Shown here: positions 28,572 to 40,100 of the stretch, in pieces
How positions within the stretch are numbered: the first letter of the stretch is position 1
Layout: each line of letters starts with the position of its first letter
Source: Trichoplax adhaerens
Taxonomy: Eukaryota > Animalia > Placozoa
Reading direction: 5' to 3'
DNA length: 64,000 nt
Assembly (NCBI RefSeq): GCF_000150275.1
Contig: NW_002060945.1
Location: forward strand, 941,872-1,005,871
The notes under the pieces: generated by a model
The model's database searches: none
The model's input: only the letters and a program-made list of their open reading frames with translations
What the model was told of the DNA's origin: nothing
Translations under genes and position numbers: made by a program

Positions 28572-29809
28572 GAATATAAAAGTGATTGGGAAAAGTAAGT
28601 AACTCTGTTGTTCTACATTTAAGCAATAATAATGGATATAAATCAAAAAAATTCAAATAATAAAGTAAAAAATAGATAAGAATTAAATATTACAGCTATT
28701 CTATTACTATATAAGTAATCTTTTGTAGTAATTAATGTTATCAAACAAATAAGATGTGCTTCGATCCGCTACATTTATCAGATTAAATTGATTTCATGAA
28801 GCATGGCATTAAAAATGACAGCCTAAGTAGATAAAAATATGGCGGTCATGAGTTTCTTACTATTGATCGAATAAAATTGGATTAAACCATATTTAATAAT
28901 AGTACATTTTTCAAGACTGTCGAACGGTAGTTTATTGCTAGGTAACATTTTGATAAATCATTACCTTAAGGCTTGCATTAATTATGGTTTTATTAAATGA
29001 AAAATGAGCGATGATTGTAGATTTTTAGCAGCATTTGAATAAAATAATTACCGTTGTGATTTCATTTGATCGTGTAGTATTTCTTATTCGATTGTAAGTC
29101 CAGCAATTTTGATTGTGGTCAATGTAGGATATATGCTTATATTAATTTTTTAGGGGGTAGTTTTTTACTATCAAATTACGATTTGGACACTTGAATATAC
29201 TATTTAGGCAAAATTGCATTGCAAGAAAAGTCGAAATAGTCCAGTGAGATTGATGGATCATGAAGCCTACTACAGTAGCATTAGGCTCAATAATGATAAT
29301 AAATGGCAAGGTTGTTTAGATTAAGCCTATCAACTGGAAGTTGTAGACTACTGTAAACTATCCCGGCATGAATTTTTACTGTATCATGATATGACTCAAG
29401 AGGCGTATCAGTAATACGTAATAAAGTAGCTGTCGATCAACTTCTATGTATATATAGTGTATATGCCACCTACAGATTTGGCACAAGTGGATTCTATGAA
29501 GTGAATGTACAGTGAGATTTTGGATAAATTAGTCGCCAGTGTTACTATGGCAACAAGGCCTCTACTACTTTTTACGGACGCTGTATCGTATTTGTTATGT
29601 ATATCACTATCTAGAGTTAATGTAAGACTTACTACTGTATTAAAAGCATTTGAAGATTAGCTCTACTCTCAATTAGCATCTATTATAATAGTAAATATAT
29701 CGCATTAGGTACACGATTGAATAAATAACATCAGACCGGCTAAATTTCCTAGATGCAAGTATGGCTACTAGAAAAAGAGCGAGTCAATTTCTGTGATCTA
29801 TTCGGCACC

Positions 29810-31100
29810 CCTGGTGTAGTGTGCGTACACTCGTACCGTACTCTACAGTAGTAAGTAGCGTCGTCCAGAAGGGTCCGGAACATACAGTACAGTACAGTAC
29901 AGTACCACTAACCCTAGTACTGTACATAATTTAGATAGTACTGTAGGGTCCTGTCACCCATGTGGACAAACTTATGAGCACTATACTGTACAGTGTGCAG
30001 TAGAGCCGCAATTTAGTAGTCCATTCGCAAAATACTGTACTGTACTGTACAGTGCGCAATCAGGTTGACCATAATTGGCAAAAGCAGTCCGATAACGCCG
30101 ATCACTTCTCTAGTGGCAAAACAGTAAACTGAACAGTACTATACTATACTGTATAGTAAAGCTTATACTACACTTACTATACATTCTGTGAGATATGCTG
30201 TAGTATCCTTCTACCGTCCTAAATCGAATGACGATAATATGTTGTGAATTATTTTTCATTCACATTAAAGTAATGACTAATATTGTAAGTCTTGCATTAG
30301 TAGTCAAAGCAGTCCGATAACGTCAATCACTTCTCTATCGGCAATACATTATACTGTACACTGTACAGTACTGTATAGTAAAGCTTATACTACAGTACTT
30401 ACTGTACCTGCTGTACTGGAACTGTGAGATACTGTACAGTATACTGTACAGTACTGTACTGTACTGTACAGCGTACAGTAGTATCCTTCTACTGTCCGAA
30501 ATCGAATGGCGATAACGTTTCACTATGTTGTGAATTATTTTTCGTTCATATTAGAGTAATGACTCATATTGTAAGCCTTGCATTAGTAGTCACAGCATTT
30601 AGCACCTGTTGTAGTACACTCAATGAGCATGGTATCGTCGATAGACTAAGGACCAATGACACTTTAGAGCATACTTTGGGGGTACTTAAGTACTTTAGAG
30701 TGAGTCTTTTATTCCATTGGGGTTGAAAAATTCTCAACGACTTACAGTACAGTACAGTACGACTGTAAAATGAGTGGACTGTAGTAAGTCGTTTACTACC
30801 ACAAGAAGGCAATAGGGGCTAGACCTGAATTTTACTGTACTGTACACTGTACACTGTACAGCATACCGTCCACGTCCTTTGTGGTACAGTACTGTACGGT
30901 GTGAAATGAGCCAATGAACCTTAAGCAAATGGGGACCCACAATTTGAAATGCAGTCCAATACGGTACTGTAAGAACACGTAATTAGTACAGCTGGAAGTC
31001 CCATAGTGGACATACGTTCAGACTTCATACCGAGATTCAAAATTTTTAAAATAATATTTACACGATCGCTATTTTTTTTTCCAGTTTCTACAGCACAAAT
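29810..31100. promoter_or_regulatory. Divergent FAM81/IQGAP promoter region with dense (CAGTA/TACTG)n motif island
   Basis: Dozens of TACAG/CTGTA units, e.g. tacagtacagtacagtacagtacc at ~29883, tactgtactgtactgtacagt at ~30032, and 30430-30480. GC/CpG is higher than in the flanks. It lies between two head-to-head genes. Confidence 0.65.
30082..30592 (+). repeat. Two-copy diverged tandem duplication (~225 bp and ~286 bp)
   Basis: Both copies begin aagcagtccgataacg..atcacttctcta and end gtaatgact.atattgtaag.cttgcattagtagtca (30082-30306 and 30307-30592). Confidence 0.9.
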
Positions 31101-31106
31101 TAGAGG

Positions 31107-34100
31107 ATGGCGCAAATCGGTAGGGGTGAAGTACAAATGAGGCTACGGGAAAAAGACGTCCTTGATCCAGCATTAACGCGACGGGAAATCTCAGGTTGAC
31201 TGACATATTGATCATTTGGATTCCACTGTAATCCAGGCCTATCTCGACGTGTGACCTCCATCCAAATATCACATTGTACTGTAGTGCCTTTTTTTTTTTT
31301 TTTCCTCTTGGCTTATTTCAGTCAAATGAATTTAGAATTGAGGATATTGACTGCCCACCAATTCTGAATGATAATGATATGCAAATGGTGGAGACATCTT
31401 TTACGCTATCTCTCCATCAGTTTATTCCTATTTATACTACTATGGGAGATACGCCTTCAACTGATCTTCTACTTACATCTTGATTTTTTTCTTGTACAGT
31501 ACAGTATAGTAAAATGCAGTCCATCTCCTAGACTTGATAACGTGCAATACTGTACTCTGGACAGCATTGCATCGGACATTGCAGTCGTAGTTGCTTTTTT
31601 TTTTTTCCACTATCATGATGAGTATGGCTGTCATTTTATTGTAGTGTTATAAAGTGGTCTAATTAAATTGAATATAGACATCATTTGACTGGATTACAAG
31701 TCTAGCATTAGCTTACTATAGGTCTGAATTGTCCAACATTTTCTTCTTTTGTCATTGAAAAACCATCCTTTAAATGAGGTATTGTAAACGTTGATTACAC
31801 CCATTACTAACACTTATTTTTGATTAATTACGATAGGCTTACGTTCTCGTGTCCAAGCAGCAGAAATTATGGATGAAGAACGGCAAAAACTCATTGCTTA
31901 CCAGTACCTTTGTCGCTTAGCAGAAGCGAAAGAGTAAGTAAATCTGTACTATACCATCATTCTTTGTCATCCATGGGAATAGTCGGCAATGTAATTAGGC
32001 TGACTGCTGTCATCATAATTGCTACGCTGCCAATTGCTTATTCGAGTATGGATAGGCTGTACAACATTGGTATTGCGTCGAAAATCGACACTGTTGCATG
32101 TTTTAAATCATTGTAGGATAATTTTGTGATGAGTAGTTTTTTTAAACTGAATCAAAACAGAATTACACTTATCATCTGCTATATGTACTGTAATACTGCA
32201 ACAGTGTAGTCCACAAAGTAGCTTTTGATAAAAAAGGCTTTATAGTCAAACACTAGAATGAAGTACTTTCGTCCGATATAGAGTACGCATACGAGCTACG
32301 CTGTCACCAATCAAACCCATTATACTCTCCTACTCGTATACATAAAGTAGCTGCAATGCGGTTGCGATAGTGGCAGTTTGAAATAAATACAACTTTCCTA
32401 TGTACCATGATCTAAAGTTGAAGAATACTGTAAAAGTGGGATTACAATCGATCGTGGCAGTAAAGTACTGGTACATAGAATATATTTTACAGCATACCAA
32501 ACACAAAGGTATATTGCTGTATGAATACATCGAATGATTCTATTTATATTTGCCGTATTATTACAGCTGGATTGAGCGATGTATTAGTGAAAACATTCCG
32601 GTATCAATTAGCGAGTTTGAGAATACTCTACGAAATGGCATATTGTTGGCAAAGCTTAGCCACTCGTTTGCTACTGATGTGGTCCCGCTGAAGAGGATCT
32701 ACGATGTAGATGAAGCAAAATATAAAGTAAGCAATCTTGCATGATATTTGTTGACTTATTAACCTAAAGTTCAAGTTATATTATTGATTCGCAATCTGTT
32801 TCGAAAAGTGTAAAGGTTTACTGCTTTCCTTGAACGACTTATGATAGTACCTTAATCTTTTCTGGCATTCTAGTAGTCCTTGATCTTGCATATGTATGCT
32901 GATCGAGTAGTCATACGATGCATGTATATAATACAGTTGACTTTTTTTAATGACTGTGTTAGATTGCCATGATTGTATTATAATTTGTGATAATTGATTG
33001 AATAGTGCAAGAAATTAACGTAGCGAACTTTTAATGTACCATCGTTAACTATATTTATACTGATATTAGGTTAAAGGATTACATTTTAAGCATACGCAAA
33101 ACTTTAATTACTGGATCGAAGCATTGGACAGTATCAAATTTCCTAAGGTACAGTTAAGATATTCCAGTATAGAATTTACATTAATCTTTAGTCTAGTCGT
33201 AATAATTTCTCGTCAATAATAGCCTACACGTTTAAAGTTTGCTAACATGGAGGCATGACCATTGATTAAGTTAAAAATAGGATAGGACAGTTTAGTGTAA
33301 ATTTATAATTAGTAGACGTCTTAAGGCTATAATTGATGGTGTAGTGTGGTTTTGTATTAAAAGAAAAAGATATAGAAACCAATTTTATGATCTCTATCAA
33401 CTTGTAGGAATTATTTAAATCACATATATTTCTTATCAAGAGTTGGATCATATTATCGCTCGCTATTTGTACTATATAACTTATTATATCGATTAATCCC
33501 TTGTAAATTAATGCTCTTACGATTAAAGCTTGGATTTTCTTCGATATAACTAATGTATCACATACAATATGCCACGTACAATATGATCAGTTACTATACC
33601 ATTTAAGAACGAATGTTTCTATTTTGAAAATGGATTGATGAAGATTGTGATCGGCAAAAAAATATAGCGGATCGAAATCTTAATACCGAGGACATTTTTA
33701 CATGATATGTCATAGATGGTATTGGTAGATTACGGTACTATACTTTCTCTCATTAGTTTAGGTGAAATTATCACAATGGTGTGAGAATTAAATATCTGTG
33801 CGCTGGGCTATATGGAGATGTTATTTTAGTTCCCGTTATACCATGATTAATACGCATAGATGCAGTTGAAATGTATTTCGTCTGTAGCTACTGTTGTAAC
33901 GTTGAGTAACTTTGATCATTACAGATTTTTCATCCTGAAACTGTCGACTTATACGATCAGAAAAATATGCCCAAAGTAATCTACTGCATTCATGCCGTTG
34001 CGTAAGTTGTTCGTCAAATATTATTCTATTTAGCTTAACAAGATCGTTTATTATATCAATTCTTGGATCTTTAAAGATTACTTACCATGTTCAATGATTA

Positions 34101-37100
34101 GATTATACTGTTACAAGCTTGGTAAATCACCTGCTATTACTAGCCTTAGTGGTAAAGTTACTTTTACAGGTATGCATTCTTTTCAATTTGTAAAATATTT
34201 TAAAAGTTACAGAATGGAATCAAATATTAAGTATAGAAAGATAAGTAGTGCTGATATCGGTTATTCTACGTTAAATTGCGATTCATGTATGTCTGTGTGA
34301 GTAACTTTCATTGTACAAGGAAGCAACAAACTTTAATTCTCTTTATTACGTAAACTAGATGAAGAAATTTTAGAAAAGAGCGTTGAACTAAAAAGCCGTG
34401 GTGTGAAGATTCCGATGTTCAATCGTATTGGCGGGATTTTAACAAAAGAGGTATACCTATCTAGATTATAGCTATCCGTAAAGGATGTACGAGTATTAAA
34501 TTTTTTCTCTTATTATTATCGCTAGCAATTTATTCAATATCATTATCCTATTCGACTATTTTATTTCTAGATAAAAGTAGACGATGAAACTTGTAAGGAG
34601 ATAGCATTTTCATTTCCTATCAGAGCTGTCAACGTTATAACATTATAGAAGACATTGTAATAATTATAAACTGTTTAGTTTTCAAGGCAATTGTAGCAGT
34701 AAATCGCGCAATAGATGATGAAGACGCGCCACAAACTGTAGTTGCAATGAATCATATCGCTGCAAGATTGGTTGACATAGATCCAGATTATGCTGATTAC
34801 TATCAAAAAAAATTATTTACGGCTAAAAATATCAAAGTATCAGAAGCGGCTACAGATGAAATGGAAGATAATACAGAGGTTAGCTAGTGTTTTAGTTTTT
34901 GTTGTTCATACATAGATTTGATACTGTTATTGATATATCTTTATTCTCCATATGTAGCTTACTGAAGAAGATTATTATAAGACAAATCTAAAGCATGACC
35001 AGATTCAGAGTATTGTCAGTGAAGTTAACGAAGAAAGAAAAGATTTCGAAAGTAAGTTTATAGCGCAAAAATTTATAGTATTAATGGTCAGTGAATGGTT
35101 AAATTTTTTTTCTGTTGTATTTATTACAATCAAGTGAATATGGCATTGCAAGCAGTTATCGACTCCATCGAAGATGGAGATTTGTTAAGGGCTCTTAAAA
35201 ATCCGCTTCTACTGTTTTCGGGAGTTGATTCCTCAATCATACATATATACAGAAATCATCTTATGACTCTGAAGGCAAAGGTATGTCTTTTAAGTAGTAT
35301 TAATTTTAGTTGATATAGTGTAACTATCAGCCATTATTAATTAAATGTCAGGAAGAAATTGTTTAATTATATTTTAATGTTACTATTCTAGCGTAATCAG
35401 GAAGATGCACAGATCACTTACGATGACATTCAACTTACAATTAAGAATGCTAATGCAGAGATAAAGAAAATGAATTACCAACAGTCTATTTTGCAGATTC
35501 TTAACAACTTACTTGACAGTAATCCTGTAAATTGTGCAAAATTAAAGGAATGCCTGGAAAATGAATATTTCGAATTTAGCAATCTTAATCCTGCATTCAT
35601 TGAACAGTATAGTATTGTAATGAGGCGTGGTCGTTTAGAAAAAGTTGTCATAAATGGCTATGGGGAAGAAGGTTTGTTAACATCTGACGAAATACAGAGT
35701 TTAATTAATCAGGCTAATCTTTTGCGCGAATTAAACGATGCTCTGGATCGAGAGCCAACCGATAATCAAAAATTGGAAGAATGTCTAGGATCGGACATAC
35801 TTGGATTGCGTGACGTGGATTTCGTATGGCTGGAAGTTTATTCGATCTGCTTGAAAAACAGAAGAATGGAGAAGTTAAAAATTTATGGTAACGGTAATAA
35901 AAGTCTTTTATACCTGGATGAACTTCAACGTCTGATATTGCAGACTAACTGGTTGATCATCTTAAATGAGGCTCTGGATAAGAATCCTTCTGATGAAAAG
36001 AAGATTAATGAGTGTTTATTGTCTGAATATATAGATGTAGATGATGTTAACTCTGATAATATAATGCAATACATTACGATGCTTAAGTTACGTAAGAAAG
36101 AAAAATCGGCTACTAGCAATGATTTTAAAGAAGTAATGTTGACTGTTAAAGACATTCAGGTTATTATTTCTCGTGAAAATGCGCTCTTGACTTTGGATCG
36201 AGCGTTGCAAGCAGAACCGATTGAAATTGCGAAGCTGAGAGAGTCTTTAAGATCGAAGGTGTTAAATTTTGCAAATTTACGTATGGAGATATCCTCAATG
36301 TATGCTGCTTCGTTGAAGGAGGGACGTGATAAAAAAGGCGTAATTAGTGACGACATTCTTCGTGAGAATGAGATACAGTGTTGTATTGATGAAGTGAATG
36401 CATTAATTGCTTTAAATGAGTGTATCATTGAAGATCCCGTTAATATGGAGAAATTGAAAGGGTATCTATGTGATGATGTGCTTAATTTATCGGATGTAAA
36501 CGTGGAAAATTTATTTTTATACGCACCCTCATTAACAACGAAGAGAAAACAAAAAATGAAGGATTATATTGATCCCATTAAAAATCTTTTAAGTAAAAGC
36601 GAGGTGAATCTAGTTATTCATTTTTCAAATATCATTGTTGCTATCAACGAGGGTTTAGAAAACTATCCTTCCAACAAAGAACAGTTTAGTAGCTGGATAC
36701 TAGATGAAACATTAGCGTTCGATGGATCACAGTCTCATCTGGTTACGCTGTACGTCGAAATATTAAAAAGAACGCAAAAGGAGAGATTAGGTAGTGATGA
36801 AAGTTTCTTGAATTATTTGGATATCCAGAACTGTATTACTCTTGGGAATGAAATTCACGATGCAAATGTCGCGCTAATTAAATGTGTTGCCAAAGTTAAT
36901 GCAACAGTCGAAGCGGAAGACCATGAAGCTGTATTATTGGCTTTGCAGAGTGAAATTCTGTCGTTAAAGGAAGTAAATCCGGAACAAAGCACTGGCTATT
37001 TGACATCGCTGAAGGCGGCCAAAGACGAGAAAATTTCCGATTGTCAAAATGGTTGGGTCAAGCACGAGATCGAAATTGGCGGTCACATATATTATAACTT

Positions 37101-40100
37101 ATCTACTGAAGATTTTATGTATGATGCTCCTGAAGGTTACGTATCAAATGGAAGGTTTCTGACTAAAATTGAAATTGAGGTCAGCGCTTCTATAATTAAT
37201 TTTTAGAGAATTTACTGCAGTATTATAATTGTAAATTTTTATTCTCATTTCAGCAAGCACTTATAGCTGAAAATGAGCGCTACAACTTATACGACAGGCA
37301 ACTACCGCAAATTATTGCTATTCAAGTAAGATCTATAGTGGCTTCTATTCCGGTATTGAAGGTGATTGAAACAGGTCTCTTCTAATTTACTTAGGCTCTT
37401 GCACGTGGCTATCTTGCCCGGAAAGTTATCAAAGAAAGAAACTATGAGCTAAAATGCTTGCTACCGGCTGTAATTCAGGTATACTTTGAAGAAAACGTCT
37501 TACTGTACTTAATTACATAGATTTAGTAATATAGATCGTATTTAGAAATTTACATCAGCTAAATATCTCTTTCTTACTTTTAATAGATTCAGGCTGCTTG
37601 TAGGGGATATCAACAAAGACGCGCCTATTTAAATAGACTAAAGTATTATGCAATAAATGTAAGTATTGTTTATATAATATAAAAATGTTAGCCTTTGACT
37701 TTTTAAAATTTTGATAAAAATTACTATTGACTTCTAGGAAAAGGCAATCATAAAAATGCAAAGCGTATTTAGATGCTTAAAAGTTCGGAAATACTATGAA
37801 GGACTAAGTAAATTTTATTTTGTTATAATTAAAATTTTAAAAAGTTTAGGAATATATAATATCATCTTACTTATCGACATTGCTATTTTTTTATGACACA
37901 TTGCTAGAATCACTCGATGTCCCGTTTGCAGCAATTAGCATGTTCGTTTACTTACTTGACGAAACTCAGAAAGATTTTAACGAGGAGCTTGGTACGTTAT
38001 TAAATTATGATGAGATTAAATTTTGTGATACTATGCAATAATACCGCTTATATTCTGTAATCTGTATTAGAATTACAAAAATTGAGGTCTCACATTGTGA
38101 CAAGTATTCGAGCCAACTTGAAGCTAGAAAAAGACTTAAGTTCAATGGATGTGAAGATCGGTTTACTTGTCAAGAATCGAATCACATTGCAGGTATAATC
38201 ACTAGAGTTGTATTATAGTGAAGCTTTTAAAAGTAACATACGTATGTATATATATCAAAGGAAATCTCTTTTAAATTGAAATTTTGTAGATGATCAGTAA
38301 TTATACAAACGATTTTATTACAGGACGTAGTCCATCAAAATAGAGCACTTAAGAAAATTAATAAAGATGTTACAAATGTGAATGGGATCGATGTATTGAT
38401 AAAGGAGAGAACGCACCAATTAGAGGTAGCACAATTATCTGATCAAGTCATTACATTGTATTTCATTAATTAATTATACAAGTATTACTGTACTAACAGA
38501 CAATTTATCATTTCGTTAAGGGATATCAAAGTTTGTTTTATCTATTGCAAACTGAGCCGAAATATCTAGCAAAGTTAATATTTGAAATGCCTCAGAGTCG
38601 TAGCAATAGATTCGTCGAAACAGCCATCTTAACCATATTTAATTACGCTGCAAATACCCGAGAAGAATTCTTACTTATTAAATTGTTTAACACGTCCTTA
38701 CAAGAAGAAGTATTGTAAGCACAATTACTTCTATATAATTGTGATAAAGAATGATATCATAATAACCTTGGCTATTATTTCTTATAGGAATCGTGTTAAT
38801 TCAATTGAAGATATTGTTGAAAATAATCCTTTAGTTGTTAAGTTGGCCGTCCAGTTTAATAGGTTGATTTTGTGAATAATTAATATATTAAAACTAATTT
38901 TATGACCATTCTTATAGTCCTAATGCATATGAATTTATCAAGTAACTGATTATTATGTTAGAGGAAATCGAAGCCAGAATTGCCTAAAAGAAATTTTTGG
39001 CTCCGTAATTCAGCCTGTCATTAACAGCAAGGATAGTTATGATCTAGACCCAATGAATATTTACAAGGCCTGGCTTCACCATTTAGAGTCAATTTCGGGA
39101 GAAGCTAGGTATTATACTTTATACTTTAGCAATCCCCATATCTTTTATTTTGTAACATGGTTAGTGATCATTCTATTTTAGTCAATTGCCTCATAATATT
39201 AATACGGAACAAGCACTTAAGTATCCTGAAGTTAAAAAGAAACTTGCAGAATGTATTAACAAATTAAAAGCCTTAATTGCCGATATTGTAGGAGCAATTG
39301 TACCTGCAGCCGCAAAGCTACCGTAAGAAATTATTTTATCAGATTGTACATTACCATCTGGTCTTTTAACGCGCTGTGATGAAGTTATACTGTTCTAATC
39401 TTTGATTTATGCAATGTTTTCTACATTCCGACTTGCGATTGTAATCGATAATTTTAGATATGCGTTGCGCTGTGTTGCAATGACTCTCAGGAAATGTCTA
39501 GAAAAGAAATTTCCAAACGATAAAGACATTGCCTTAAAAGTTAGCATCTTGGGATAGATCTTTTAATTCCAATGCTTTACAGATAAATACTTAAAAGTAA
39601 ATACGTAACTGTTTAATTATAGGCTGTAGGACATTTCATAATATGTCGTTATATGCATCCTGCTTTAATTGCTCCTGATGCTTTTGACGTTATTCCATTC
39701 AATGTGGAAAACCCTTTAACTACTCATCAAGTAGGTTTATACCTGTTCATGGTACTGTTATTATTAAATTGTTATAGCTTTTACTCGTTTACTTAAATTA
39801 TTGTACTTTCAGAGACATTGTCTTGCTTCTGTTGCAAGTCTTTTACAACGAGCAGCAATAAATAATACGGTAGGCACTTTTATATCTGCTATTATGGCTG
39901 TGTACAACAGTTGGATTAAATAATTATTGATCTTTTTACTATGGCGTAAAAAAGTTTGGTAACGAGAGTCCATACTTAAGTTCAATAGATGATACTATAT
40001 CAGAATCATTTGCGAAACTACGGTAAGTGTTTTTAGATTTTGTTCTTAAAGTTTAAATTGCCTTTAGTACCGTAGCAATCGTACTTATGACAACTATAAA

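Noticed and set aside
30202-30490. GTATCCTT U12-like donors at ~30203 and 30481
   Set aside because: Inside the promoter duplication, with no associated exon or U12 branch site found.
30335-30940. Overlapping Cys/Tyr/Thr/Val-rich ORFs (YCTVYCTVLY...) on both strands
   Set aside because: Translation artefacts of the TACTG/CAGTA motif island, which is poor in stop codons; no domain content.
29810-31000. CRISPR-like or telomeric interpretation of the repeated motif
   Set aside because: No constant-length repeat-spacer periodicity, no cas genes, eukaryotic context; mixed orientations and not TTAGGG.
31322-31483. Acceptor-preceded segment SNEFRIEDIDCPPIL in IQGAP intron 1
   Set aside because: Out of phase with exon 1 (immediate TGA), no good donor, and exon 1 joins exon 2 directly in frame.
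35925-36428. Antisense ORFs within the IQGAP giant exon (also 40481..40666 and 54939..55253)
   Set aside because: Shadow ORFs of genuine coding exons on the opposite strand.
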